A DNA stretch of 64,000 nt from a virus. The position numbers were made by a program, and so were the translations under genes. The notes under the pieces were generated by a model that saw only the letters and a list, made by a program, of their open reading frames with translations, searched no databases and was not told the DNA's origin. Where the stretch lies: the IMG/VR virus record IMGVR_UViG_2931133163_000005, one strand, 5' to 3'. Below, piece after piece: positions 26,383-34,526 of this stretch (positions within the stretch are counted from its first letter, which is position 1; each line of letters begins with the position of its first letter).

Positions 26383-26817
26383 ATGTCCAACACCCAATAC
26401 GACGTCATCGCCCTCACCGCCGGCATCGTGGCGGCCTACGTCGGCCGGCAGGCCGTGTCCGCGACCGATCTGCCCGGCCTGATGCGCACGGTTCGCGACG
26501 GCCTGGTCGCGCTCCAGGAGCCGGCGCCGGCGGCGGCGGCGGCCAAGCCCGAGGGCTTCCGCCTGACGGCCACCGAGATCCGCAAGTCGATGAAGCCCGA
26601 CGCGCTGATCAGCTTCATCGACGGCAAGCCGTACAAGACGCTGAAGCGGCACCTGACGTCCCACGGCCTGACGCCGGACAGCTACCGCACCCGCTTCGGC
26701 CTGCCTGGCGACTATCCCATGGTCGCAGCAGGCTACGCCGCGCAGCGCTCTGCGCTGGCGAAGGCGATCGGGCTGGGCGTGCCCGGCGCCCAGGCCGCAC
26801 GGCAGGCAGCGGAGTAG
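26383..26817 (+). CDS. mucR: MucR/Ros-family transcriptional silencer
   Basis: LTAGIVAAYV, IRKS..PDALISFIDGKPYKTLKRHLTSHGLTPDSYRTRFGLPGDYPMVAAGYAAQRSALAKAIGLG. Confidence 0.95.
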   Translation: MSNTQYDVIALTAGIVAAYVGRQAVSATDLPGLMRTVRDGLVALQEPAPAAAAAKPEGFRLTATEIRKSMKPDALISFIDGKPYKTLKRHLTSHGLTPDSYRTRFGLPGDYPMVAAGYAAQRSALAKAIGLGVPGAQAARQAAE

Positions 26818-26821
26818 CGCG

Positions 26822-28303
26822 GTGAGCAGGGATCGCAGGCCGCCGGGCTCCCGCAGCCCCTTCGAGAACATCGGTCGCAGCCTCGGAAAGCGCGAGCGCG
26901 AGATCTTCGACATCAAGTTCGACAGCGCGACGGTCACGAACGCCGTCGCGCCGCCCGACAGCAGCTGGCGGGACAAGACTGCCACGGAGGTGATGCGCGA
27001 TATGGAAAAGGTGATCCGGGAGATGACGGAGAAGGCGATCTTCGGTGACTTCACCGTAACGCTCAACGGCGAGGACATCGGCCGTTCGAAGGTCCGCTTC
27101 GTCACCCCCAACCTCGACGGCTCACGGCGCCACTCCGATCCGGAGCGTGAACGCCTTGAGGCGGAGGAACGCCGCCTGCGCGAACCGATTGCCAAGTACC
27201 TGCTGAAGGCCGCGCCAGGCGTCGCCTGGAATGATGTCATCGGCAACGACACGGCGCGCACCCACCTGGTGGAGGCGATCGAGCATCCGGTCCGCCACGC
27301 CGAGCTCTACCGCCACTACGGCAAAAAGCCGACGAAGGGCGTGCTGCTGTACGGGCCGCCCGGCTGCGGCAAGACGATGTTCGGCAAGGCGGCCGCCTCG
27401 ACGCTGGCAGCGCTGCACGGCGCGAAATCCGCGTCGTTCATGTCGATCAAGGCGCCCGAGCTGCAGAGCGGCTGGGTCGGCGAAACCGAGCGCACGATCC
27501 GGGACATCTTCGCCTATGCCCGGGCCTACAAGGCGCTGCACGCTCACCCGCTGGTCGTGTTCATCGACGAGGCCGACGCGATCCTGCCGAGCCGTGACGG
27601 CGGCGCCACGTGGTTTCAGGCGTCGAATGTCGCGACCTTCCTGACCGAGATGGATGGGATCGAGGACTCGGGCGCGCTCGTGATCCTGGCGACCAACCGC
27701 CCGGACGCCATCGACGCTGCGATCCTGCGCGACGGCCGCTGCGATCGGAAGATCCGGGTCGAGCGGCCGACCCGGGGCGCTGCCGGGATGATCCTGCAGC
27801 GCGCGCTCCTCAAGGTGCCGCTCGCGCCCGAGACGCTGACGGCTTTCGGCGAGCCGACCCTGGGCGAGATGAGCGGGAGCGGCGAGCCGTACATGCCGAC
27901 GCTGCAGGAGCATGCTCTCGGCGAGCTCGCGCACCACGTGGCCCAGGCCGTTTTTGCCTCCGAGCAGATCATCGTCCAACTCGCCACCGATCAGGGCCCG
28001 CGCTTCATCCGCCTGTCGGACATCGTCAACGGCGCCATGCTGATCGGCATCGTTGAGCAGGCCAAGGGCAACGCCTTCCGTCGGGATCTCACCGCCGGCG
28101 GGAAGCCGACGGGGCTGACGCGCCAAGACCTCGACCAGGCCGTGCTCGCCGTCGTCGCGCAGAACCGCGGGCTCAACCACACGGGCGTGCTGCAGGAGAT
28201 CGCGACGCGCGAGGGCTTCAGCGTGGCGAAGGTCATCCCCGAGGGCGCGGGGCCGCCCCGCTACACGGTGGATGCGGACGACAACGTCGTGCGGCTCCAG
28301 TGA
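26822..28303 (+). CDS. AAA+ ATPase, ARC/Mpa (proteasome-ATPase)-like
   Basis: GVLLYGPPGCGKT, WVGETERTIRDIF, VVFIDEAD, LTEMDG, ATNRPDAIDAAILRDGRCDRKIRVERP, DIVNGAMLIGIVEQAK. Confidence 0.9.
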   Translation: MSRDRRPPGSRSPFENIGRSLGKREREIFDIKFDSATVTNAVAPPDSSWRDKTATEVMRDMEKVIREMTEKAIFGDFTVTLNGEDIGRSKVRFVTPNLDGSRRHSDPERERLEAEERRLREPIAKYLLKAAPGVAWNDVIGNDTARTHLVEAIEHPVRHAELYRHYGKKPTKGVLLYGPPGCGKTMFGKAAASTLAALHGAKSASFMSIKAPELQSGWVGETERTIRDIFAYARAYKALHAHPLVVFIDEADAILPSRDGGATWFQASNVATFLTEMDGIEDSGALVILATNRPDAIDAAILRDGRCDRKIRVERPTRGAAGMILQRALLKVPLAPETLTAFGEPTLGEMSGSGEPYMPTLQEHALGELAHHVAQAVFASEQIIVQLATDQGPRFIRLSDIVNGAMLIGIVEQAKGNAFRRDLTAGGKPTGLTRQDLDQAVLAVVAQNRGLNHTGVLQEIATREGFSVAKVIPEGAGPPRYTVDADDNVVRLQ

Positions 28304-28471
28304 GCGACTGCCCGCCTCACCTCATCCGCCTCGGCCTCCACCGGCCGGGCGTCCCCGGTCTACCGATCATGCCGCCCAAGCACGTTTGGATGGTGCGGTG
28401 GACCCGGGACATGCCGCGGCAGATGCGACTGTCGCGGGCGAAGATCTACCAGCGCAACCGGAGGAAATACC

Positions 28472-28894
28472 GTGCAGAACAAACCTCACCTCACGACGAC
28501 CGAAGGTAAGCCCTTCGGCGCCACCTGGCTCATCACCGCGCCCTGGGCGCATCCCGTCTGGAGCCAGTACGCGCTCGCGCTTTACGACCTGACGACGCCG
28601 ACCGATCAGCCGGCAGTCATCCACCTCGACGGCGCCACGCACGAGTTGCTCCTCGTCGCCCTTGATCCGGCCCACCCGGCCACGAGCGCCCAGTCCCTGG
28701 TCGAGGGCGGGCAAGTCCAGGCGCTCAGTCCGCCGAACCACGGGTACCAGTTCAAAGCCGAGAGCCACGCCGCGGCGATGTCGCGCCTTCAGCAGATCGT
28801 CGACGAGATCGAAGCGCGGCGCCTGTCCCCCGACACTGACTTCCGGGCGGAGTGGGACGCGATGTTCCGAGACGCGCATTCCTTGCGAAGATAG
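28472..28894 (+). CDS. Conserved phage protein
   Basis: APWAHPVWSQY..DGATHE..LSPDTDFRAEW; GTG start after AGGA. Confidence 0.7.
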   Translation: MQNKPHLTTTEGKPFGATWLITAPWAHPVWSQYALALYDLTTPTDQPAVIHLDGATHELLLVALDPAHPATSAQSLVEGGQVQALSPPNHGYQFKAESHAAAMSRLQQIVDEIEARRLSPDTDFRAEWDAMFRDAHSLRR

Positions 28895-28973
28895 CCAAGA
28901 TAGTAGGCAGCGGGCGGGCGCCGCCGAGGGGCGATGCCTCGCGCTGAGATTGGCGGAGAGGGCAAGGACCAAG

Positions 28974-29225
28974 ATGACGACGCAACAGATCCGATTTCAC
29001 GTACCGCTTATACCAAGCATCACATACTTGGGCGGGACCGTTCGGGAGAACATGCCGGTCAACATGGGGCTCGTTGAAGCGATCAGTAAATCGCGGATGC
29101 GCTGGTACCCTGACAACGAGGGTAAACCATCAATTCTGTTTCACGGCACGAAGGTCGAATGGGCGTTCGATACTGAGGAGGACCGCGACTGCGAGTATGC
29201 ACGGATCATGCATAAATTCGCATAA
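28974..29225 (+). CDS. Hypothetical protein (lower GC)
   Basis: ATG at 28974; AT-richer codons. Confidence 0.6.
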   Translation: MTTQQIRFHVPLIPSITYLGGTVRENMPVNMGLVEAISKSRMRWYPDNEGKPSILFHGTKVEWAFDTEEDRDCEYARIMHKFA

Positions 29226-29245
29226 TCGGCGGAAGGGCAGCGGCC

Positions 29246-29437
29246 ATGGACCGAATGATCAAGGAGAAGCGCCCGTGCCCATTCTGCGGGAGCACCAAGT
29301 TAGAGGTGAGCGAGCGTTACGGCGCGCCCGGCTGCTACCTCACTGTGAACTGCCTCAATCTAACCTGTGAGGCGATCGGCCCGAGGGGTGAAGACGATGC
29401 CGCAGCCGTCGCGGCATGGAACCGAGCGATCCGCTAG
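29246..29437 (+). CDS. lar: Lar-family restriction alleviation protein
   Basis: PCPFCGS...VNC..CEAIGP....AVAAWNRA. Confidence 0.8.
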   Translation: MDRMIKEKRPCPFCGSTKLEVSERYGAPGCYLTVNCLNLTCEAIGPRGEDDAAAVAAWNRAIR

Positions 29438-29626
29438 CGAGTAGCGCCGGACCTTGACCGCGAGGGCCGTTACGGCCTTGCGAGCGGACTATTCGCTGCG
29501 GCGATCACGCCGGAGCTTCGGGCGGAGACTGAAAAGCCGCAGCGCGATTGCAGGCCGGCCACGGTTTCGTGAGCGCGCACATGCTAGAAACAACGGGCGG
29601 CAGTTTCGGCCGCGTTTCCACGTTCG

Positions 29627-29998
29627 ATGCTGCCCACCAGGACGAGTCCGGCAACTCCTCGCTCAGCAGACAGTCCGGTGTGGAACCGCCGTCGGGTCGC
29701 GCTCTGGATGATCGGCGCATGGCGGGAAGGTCGGCGTCCGGCCTACCAGGGGGCACTGTCTACCGTGCGCAGCGCGCTCGACTGGCCGGCGCTGTTTCTG
29801 CCGCGCGTAGATCCGGGGCACGAAGAAGCGCACGATCTTCTGATGCTGTTTCTATGGTCTCAGGCCGAAGGCGCAAGCTTCCGTGACCTGTGTGTGCGGC
29901 GCGGGAAGTCGCGCTCCACGGCGATGCGAAGGGTCAACTGGGCCCTCGACAGGATCGTCGCTGGCCTGAATGCGGATCACGCTCAGGCCGCAGAATAA
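29627..29998 (+). CDS. DUF6362-like HTH protein
   Basis: ALDWPALFL....LWSQAEGASFRDLCVRRGKSRSTAMRRVNWALDRIVAGLN. Confidence 0.55.
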   Translation: MLPTRTSPATPRSADSPVWNRRRVALWMIGAWREGRRPAYQGALSTVRSALDWPALFLPRVDPGHEEAHDLLMLFLWSQAEGASFRDLCVRRGKSRSTAMRRVNWALDRIVAGLNADHAQAAE

Positions 29999-30132
29999 CC
30001 ACTTGACAGTGGTTCCAAGCGCGCCCGACCCAGGCGCCGTTGCCGCTTTGTTTCGAAACGGCACAGCATTGGGGACCAACCGTGCCGGCAACGACGCAGA
30101 GCACCACCCAGAGCGCACCCAAGCGCCGCAGG

Positions 30133-31065
30133 ATGACGATCGAGGAGGCGCTGCGGTGGGCGATCCGCGACGAACTGCCGAAGCGCCGCGCCGACGCCCC
30201 GATCCGCGGTCCGATGCCGCCGGCGATGCACGCCATGTGGCGCGCGGGCGCGTTCGGGGGCCCGATCGACAACTGGTCCCGTGAGCCCGGCATGCCGCCG
30301 GCGATGGGCGACCCTCATCCCGACGCGATCACGATCGAGGCGCACCTCCAGGTCCTCAGCGAGACGCTGCAGCGCGCCGCCGCCGGATCGGCCGTGTGCC
30401 CGCTCGACCTGTCGCCCTATCCGATGCAGGTCGAGTTGCGCGGCCGGGCGAGCCTCGATGTGCTGATCTCGACCGCGATGCACGCCACGCCGGCGTGGCT
30501 CGTGACCAGCGCGATCCGCGGCACGCGCCCCGACGTAGGGGGGCGGCCCGAGTGCGAGCCCTCGAAGTCGGAGAACGGCAAGATCACCCTCTGGCACAAG
30601 GTCAGCAAGGTCGCCGGCTTCGGCCCTGATGGCGAGCCGTGGCACGTGACGCACGAGGAGCGCACGGCCCCCCTGCGTGCCGGCCAGTATCCGACGGGCA
30701 CATACTGCAAGCTCGCCTGGACGCGGGAGGGCGTGGAGGTGCTCGAAGAGCAGCTGCGCTACGCCTACTGGCGCGCGGCGCTCGTCTACCTCGTCCCGTC
30801 GCTTCAGTTCCTCACCAGCATCGAGGTCCTGCCGCCGCGGGCGCCGATCGCGCCTTGGTTGGGTGATGTGGTTGAGGAGATCGCGCCGCTGCCGAACACG
30901 CGGGCTGCGCGTCGCGAGCGCCTCGAGGATCGGCTCCGGCCGGGTGTCCGGAGCGCCCTGGCGGAGCGCCGACCGGCCGGTCGCCGGGCCGCGCCGAAGC
31001 GCGCCTCGGAGGTCCGCAGGATCGACCCGCGCGACTGGACGCCTCCGAGCGAGCGGTCCGCATGA
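30133..31065 (+). CDS. Conserved hypothetical protein in the lambda Q position
   Basis: MTIEEALRWAIRDELPK..DPHPDA..YAYWRAAL; followed by a promoter and hairpin. Confidence 0.7.
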   Translation: MTIEEALRWAIRDELPKRRADAPIRGPMPPAMHAMWRAGAFGGPIDNWSREPGMPPAMGDPHPDAITIEAHLQVLSETLQRAAAGSAVCPLDLSPYPMQVELRGRASLDVLISTAMHATPAWLVTSAIRGTRPDVGGRPECEPSKSENGKITLWHKVSKVAGFGPDGEPWHVTHEERTAPLRAGQYPTGTYCKLAWTREGVEVLEEQLRYAYWRAALVYLVPSLQFLTSIEVLPPRAPIAPWLGDVVEEIAPLPNTRAARRERLEDRLRPGVRSALAERRPAGRRAAPKRASEVRRIDPRDWTPPSERSA

Positions 31066-31074
31066 ACTGGAAGC

Positions 31075-31103
31075 TTGACGCCAAGAACGGCTTGGCGTAG
31101 TTC
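31075..31103 (+). promoter_or_regulatory. Putative late promoter (PR'-like) with internal inverted repeat
   Basis: TTGACG 31075-31080, 17-nt spacer, TAGTTC; ACGCCAAG-N5-CTTGGCGT 31078-31098. Confidence 0.5.
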
Positions 31104-31121
31104 GGATCCTGCAGAAATTTA

Positions 31122-31153
31122 GAAGGCCTCGGCGGACCCCCGCCGGGGCCTTC
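31122..31153 (+). terminator. Strong hairpin (tR'-like)
   Basis: GAAGGCCTCGGCGG-accc-CCGCCGGGGCCTTC. Confidence 0.6.
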
Positions 31154-31363
31154 GTCGTTACGGGCCCCGCCCGAGCGAACGGTGCGGCGTGCGACAGCGC
31201 GTGAAAAAGGCATCTCAGTAAGCCGGCCAGCCAGGACGCCCGAAAGACCCGCAGCCGTCCCGAGGACGGTGGTTGAAGCTGTAGCCCCGGCCCGCACCTC
31301 CCTAATTCGCTGACAAAGCAGACCATTCCTTGATAGGGTCGCCCCGATGACGGATCCGCGGCC

Positions 31364-31642
31364 GTGACCGAACGCGACATCGTCGAGCGCCTCCACGGCC
31401 TCTGCCTCCTGGCGGACCGCCTGCGCGCGCCGGGCCACCGGCACACGCCGGAGGACTACGTCGCCGATCGCGACGAGATCCGCGACCACGCGCGGCGCTT
31501 CTACCGGGACCTGACCGGCAGCTGGCCCGGCCACGAGGCCGGCGGCACGGCTGGCCCGGAGCGCAGGCCTCGGCCGCCAGTCCCGGCGGCGGTCCTTCGC
31601 CACCGCGAGCGCACCAAGGCTGCCCGCGCCGCTCGCGCCTGA
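31364..31642 (+). CDS. Hypothetical protein
   Basis: 92-aa ORF followed by a terminator. Confidence 0.6.
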   Translation: MTERDIVERLHGLCLLADRLRAPGHRHTPEDYVADRDEIRDHARRFYRDLTGSWPGHEAGGTAGPERRPRPPVPAAVLRHRERTKAARAARA

Positions 31643-31668
31643 CGCGCGGCCCGGCCCACCGACCCACG

Positions 31669-31692
31669 CCCCGCCCTCGCGCGGGGTTTTTT
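31669..31692 (+). terminator. Rho-independent terminator
   Basis: CCCCGC-cctcgc-GCGGGG-TTTTTT. Confidence 0.75.
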
Positions 31693-31866
31693 CGTTGAGA
31701 GCCCCGATGACGCTTCGAGAGCGCATGGCCACGGTCGCGCTGTGCGACGCCGTGCTCGCCTGCTCGGCCTGCACGCCGAGCCTGCGCCGCCGCGCGGAGC
31801 GCCTGCGCGCCCACGCCGCCCGGGACTACTCCCGGGTGAGTTACCTCGTGATCGTGGTGGCCTGAC

Positions 31867-32247
31867 GTGACGTTCGAGGACACCACCCTGCGCGTCGGCG
31901 TCGCCGCCGATGCGAAAGGCTACTCGGCCGCCGAGCGGCTCGGCGCCGGCAAGCCGAGCGCCGGCGAGAAGCGCCGCGCCGGTCGCACGCGCCGGATGAT
32001 CATGGACCTGCCGAAGGACGGCGCGGTCGTGATCGTCCACTCGCCCTCGGTGATCGGCATTTTCCGCGACCTGATCCGCTCGGTGCGGGGCGACGCGGTC
32101 GCCGATGCCACTCGGGTTGTGGCCGCGCCGACCGTCCTCGACGAGATCGCCGTCGTGCGCCGCCTCAGCCTGCCCGTGTTCCGCGACCACTTCGTCGAGG
32201 AGCAGCGCGAGCACGCCCGCGGCGTCCTTCACGCGTGGCGGCAGTGA
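31867..32247 (+). CDS. Hypothetical protein
   Basis: 126-aa ORF. Confidence 0.6.
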   Translation: MTFEDTTLRVGVAADAKGYSAAERLGAGKPSAGEKRRAGRTRRMIMDLPKDGAVVIVHSPSVIGIFRDLIRSVRGDAVADATRVVAAPTVLDEIAVVRRLSLPVFRDHFVEEQREHARGVLHAWRQ

Positions 32248-32400
32248 TGCCCCGCGTGCTCCGGAGCCTCGCGCTCCTCATCCGTCTCCGCCGCGCCGCG
32301 CCGCCGCCAGTCCGCTCCTGGCGCGATCCCGCGCCGAAGCTCTGCGTCGGCCGACCCGTTCACTCCGGCCGGGCTCTGTCCGCCGGCGGGGCTCCCTGAC

Positions 32401-32592
32401 ATGGACGCCGCGCCGCTGCCGTTCATCGCGTGCGCCTTCGTGCTTCTGATCGCGATCGCCGGGATCGACGCCCATCACGGCGGCCGCAGCGCCGAGCGCG
32501 CCATCCGGGACGTGCTCCTGATCGGTGCCCTGCACTTCGCGCTCGCGGCCTGCGTCCTGATCGCAGCCATCTGCATGGGACACGCGGCATGA
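32401..32592 (+). CDS. Small two-TM protein
   Basis: Two hydrophobic helices. Confidence 0.6.
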   Translation: MDAAPLPFIACAFVLLIAIAGIDAHHGGRSAERAIRDVLLIGALHFALAACVLIAAICMGHAA

Positions 32593-32798
32593 ACACCGTC
32601 GTCGCCTTCGCCATGCTCTGCTCGGCGGCGATCGCCGGTTCGGATTGCGACCGCGCTAACGCGCTCGACGTCCTCGAGCAGCCCTCCGCCTCGGTGGAGG
32701 CGTGCAAGCTGCTCGGCCAGGTCATGGCCGCCGAGGCCTTCGGCGATGCGCGCGCGGGTCGCTACGTGAAGGTCGGCTGCAGCCGCCAGAAACGCTGA
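32589..32798 (+). CDS. Small Cys-containing exported-type protein
   Basis: MNTVVAFAMLCSAAIAGSDCDRANA..C..YVKVGC; ATGA overlap. Confidence 0.6.
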   Translation: MNTVVAFAMLCSAAIAGSDCDRANALDVLEQPSASVEACKLLGQVMAAEAFGDARAGRYVKVGCSRQKR

Positions 32799-33202
32799 TG
32801 TCGTCCAACCGCCGCGTCGCATGGGGCGCCGCCTTCAGCAGGGCCCGAGGGGATCGCATGGTACGCCGTGAGATCCGCGAGGAGCGTCTGAAGACGAAGC
32901 GCTGCTCGACGCTCGACCTCTCCGCGTGGCGCGGCCAATCGGGCAACCGCTACGTCGTGGCCGTCTACACGCTGGCCCAGGCCGGCGCGGTCAGCGCCCC
33001 TGGCGCCGTCCTTATCGGTGTCCGCCGCGGCTCTGACGGGCCTGCCCGCATCGTCGGCGTCGGCTGGCGCGGGACGATGGCCGAGGCCGTCGAGTTCGCC
33101 AGGGCCGACGGCGCGACGGAGATCCACGTGCACCGCCTCGCCGACTCCGACGAGGACCGCGAAGCGATCGTCGAGGACCTGGTGGGTGACGATGCGCTCT
33201 GA
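32798..33202 (+). CDS. Hypothetical protein
   Basis: LSAWRGQSGNRYVVAVY..ATEIHVHRLA. Confidence 0.65.
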   Translation: MSSNRRVAWGAAFSRARGDRMVRREIREERLKTKRCSTLDLSAWRGQSGNRYVVAVYTLAQAGAVSAPGAVLIGVRRGSDGPARIVGVGWRGTMAEAVEFARADGATEIHVHRLADSDEDREAIVEDLVGDDAL

Positions 33203-33562
33203 GCCCCGCCCACACCTCGACCTCTGGTCGCTCGTCGCGATCTACGCGGCCTCGGCGACGATCGTCGTCGAGGCGAGCTATCAGCTGCCGATGGCCCTGC
33301 TCGACGAGTGAGGCCGGATCCTGCGGGACCGATGATGTTCCGCGCCTGGTACCGTCGCTTCGCGCTGGGCTTCGCCCGGGCGCTGGCCGAGCCGACCGGT
33401 TCGGCCTAGACTGATCTCGCTCTGAAAAGAGGCGGGAGCCGAGGTGCTGCTACACCTCGAACCGCGTGCTAGGGACACGCATGACCGCAGACAGCCGCTC
33501 CGGAAACGGATCGGCGACCACCCCGCCACCGCTCGAGCGGCCGGGGCACACTGCATCAGGTT

Positions 33563-34417
33563 ATGCCCGAACACCATTCCGAGGCGGCCACAGCGCCGCC
33601 GCACCGTGCCGCGCCAGCTCCCGGCGCGCTCGCAGACCCCGCATCGAGCGATCGGTGCGGGGTCTTGCGCTTCTCCTTCCCGGAGACCGTCCAGATCGGA
33701 TCGGCGACGCTGATCCGCGCGGACAGCCTGTTCGACGTGCTCGCGGCCCTCGTGCCGGGCTCGATCGGCGGCGTGCTGACCGATCCGCCCTATTCGAGCG
33801 GCGGCCTCCACGCCGGCGACCGCATCCGCGCGCCGAGCCAGAAGTACCAGTCGAGCGAGTACCGGCACCTCCAGGCCGAGTTCGTCGGCGACAACCGCGA
33901 TCAGCGGTCGTTCCTGGCGTGGTCCGGTCTGTGGATGCACCGGGCCCGGCTCGGCATGCGCCCCGGCGCGATCCTCGGCGCGTTCACCGACTGGCGACAA
34001 CTGCCGGTGACCACGGACGCGTTGCAGACCGCCGGCCTCGTCTGGCGGGGCATCGTGCCCTGGGACAAGACCGAGGCGGTCCGGCCTCAGCTCGGGCGCT
34101 ACCGCAATCAGGCTGAGTTCCTGGTGTGGGGCACGAACGGCCACCGCGCTTCGGTCGGTCGGATCGCGCCCGGTGCCTATCGGGCCTCGGTCCCGCGGGC
34201 GAAGCTGCACATGGCGGCCAAGCCCGTGTCGCTGATGCGCGAGCTGCTCGCGATTATCGACGGCCCGGTGCTGGACCCGTTCATGGGCTCGTCGCCGATC
34301 GGCGAGGCCTGTGCCGAGCTCGGGCTTCCGTACCTCGGGGTCGAGGCCGACCCGCGCCACTTCGACACCGCCTGCCGGCGGCTCGAGGCGTTCGCCGAGC
34401 GCGGCGCCGCGGCCTGA
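33563..34417 (+). CDS. DNA N4-cytosine/N6-adenine methyltransferase (beta class)
   Basis: Catalytic LTDPPY before the SAM motif VLDPFMGS; HMAAKPVSLM. Confidence 0.92.
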   Translation: MPEHHSEAATAPPHRAAPAPGALADPASSDRCGVLRFSFPETVQIGSATLIRADSLFDVLAALVPGSIGGVLTDPPYSSGGLHAGDRIRAPSQKYQSSEYRHLQAEFVGDNRDQRSFLAWSGLWMHRARLGMRPGAILGAFTDWRQLPVTTDALQTAGLVWRGIVPWDKTEAVRPQLGRYRNQAEFLVWGTNGHRASVGRIAPGAYRASVPRAKLHMAAKPVSLMRELLAIIDGPVLDPFMGSSPIGEACAELGLPYLGVEADPRHFDTACRRLEAFAERGAAA

Positions 34418-34461
34418 TTTAACCGGGTTTTGATCCTGTCATCCGCAGGCCGAAACGGGCG

Positions 34462-34491
34462 ATTTCCAAGGTCTTAAAAGACCTTGGAAAT
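34462..34491. repeat. Perfect 30-bp palindrome, probable serine recombinase site
   Basis: ATTTCCAAGGTCTT-AA-AAGACCTTGGAAAT: 14-bp arms and a 2-bp centre, 35 nt upstream of the recombinase ATG. Confidence 0.8.
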
Positions 34492-34526
34492 TTCGGGTCG
34501 TTGAGGGCGAAAAGCGTAGTAAAAAC

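Noticed and set aside
31154-31363. Self-cleaving ribozyme (hammerhead/twister/pistol)
   Set aside because: Core conserved motifs such as CTGATGA..GAAA in a three-stem context not found.
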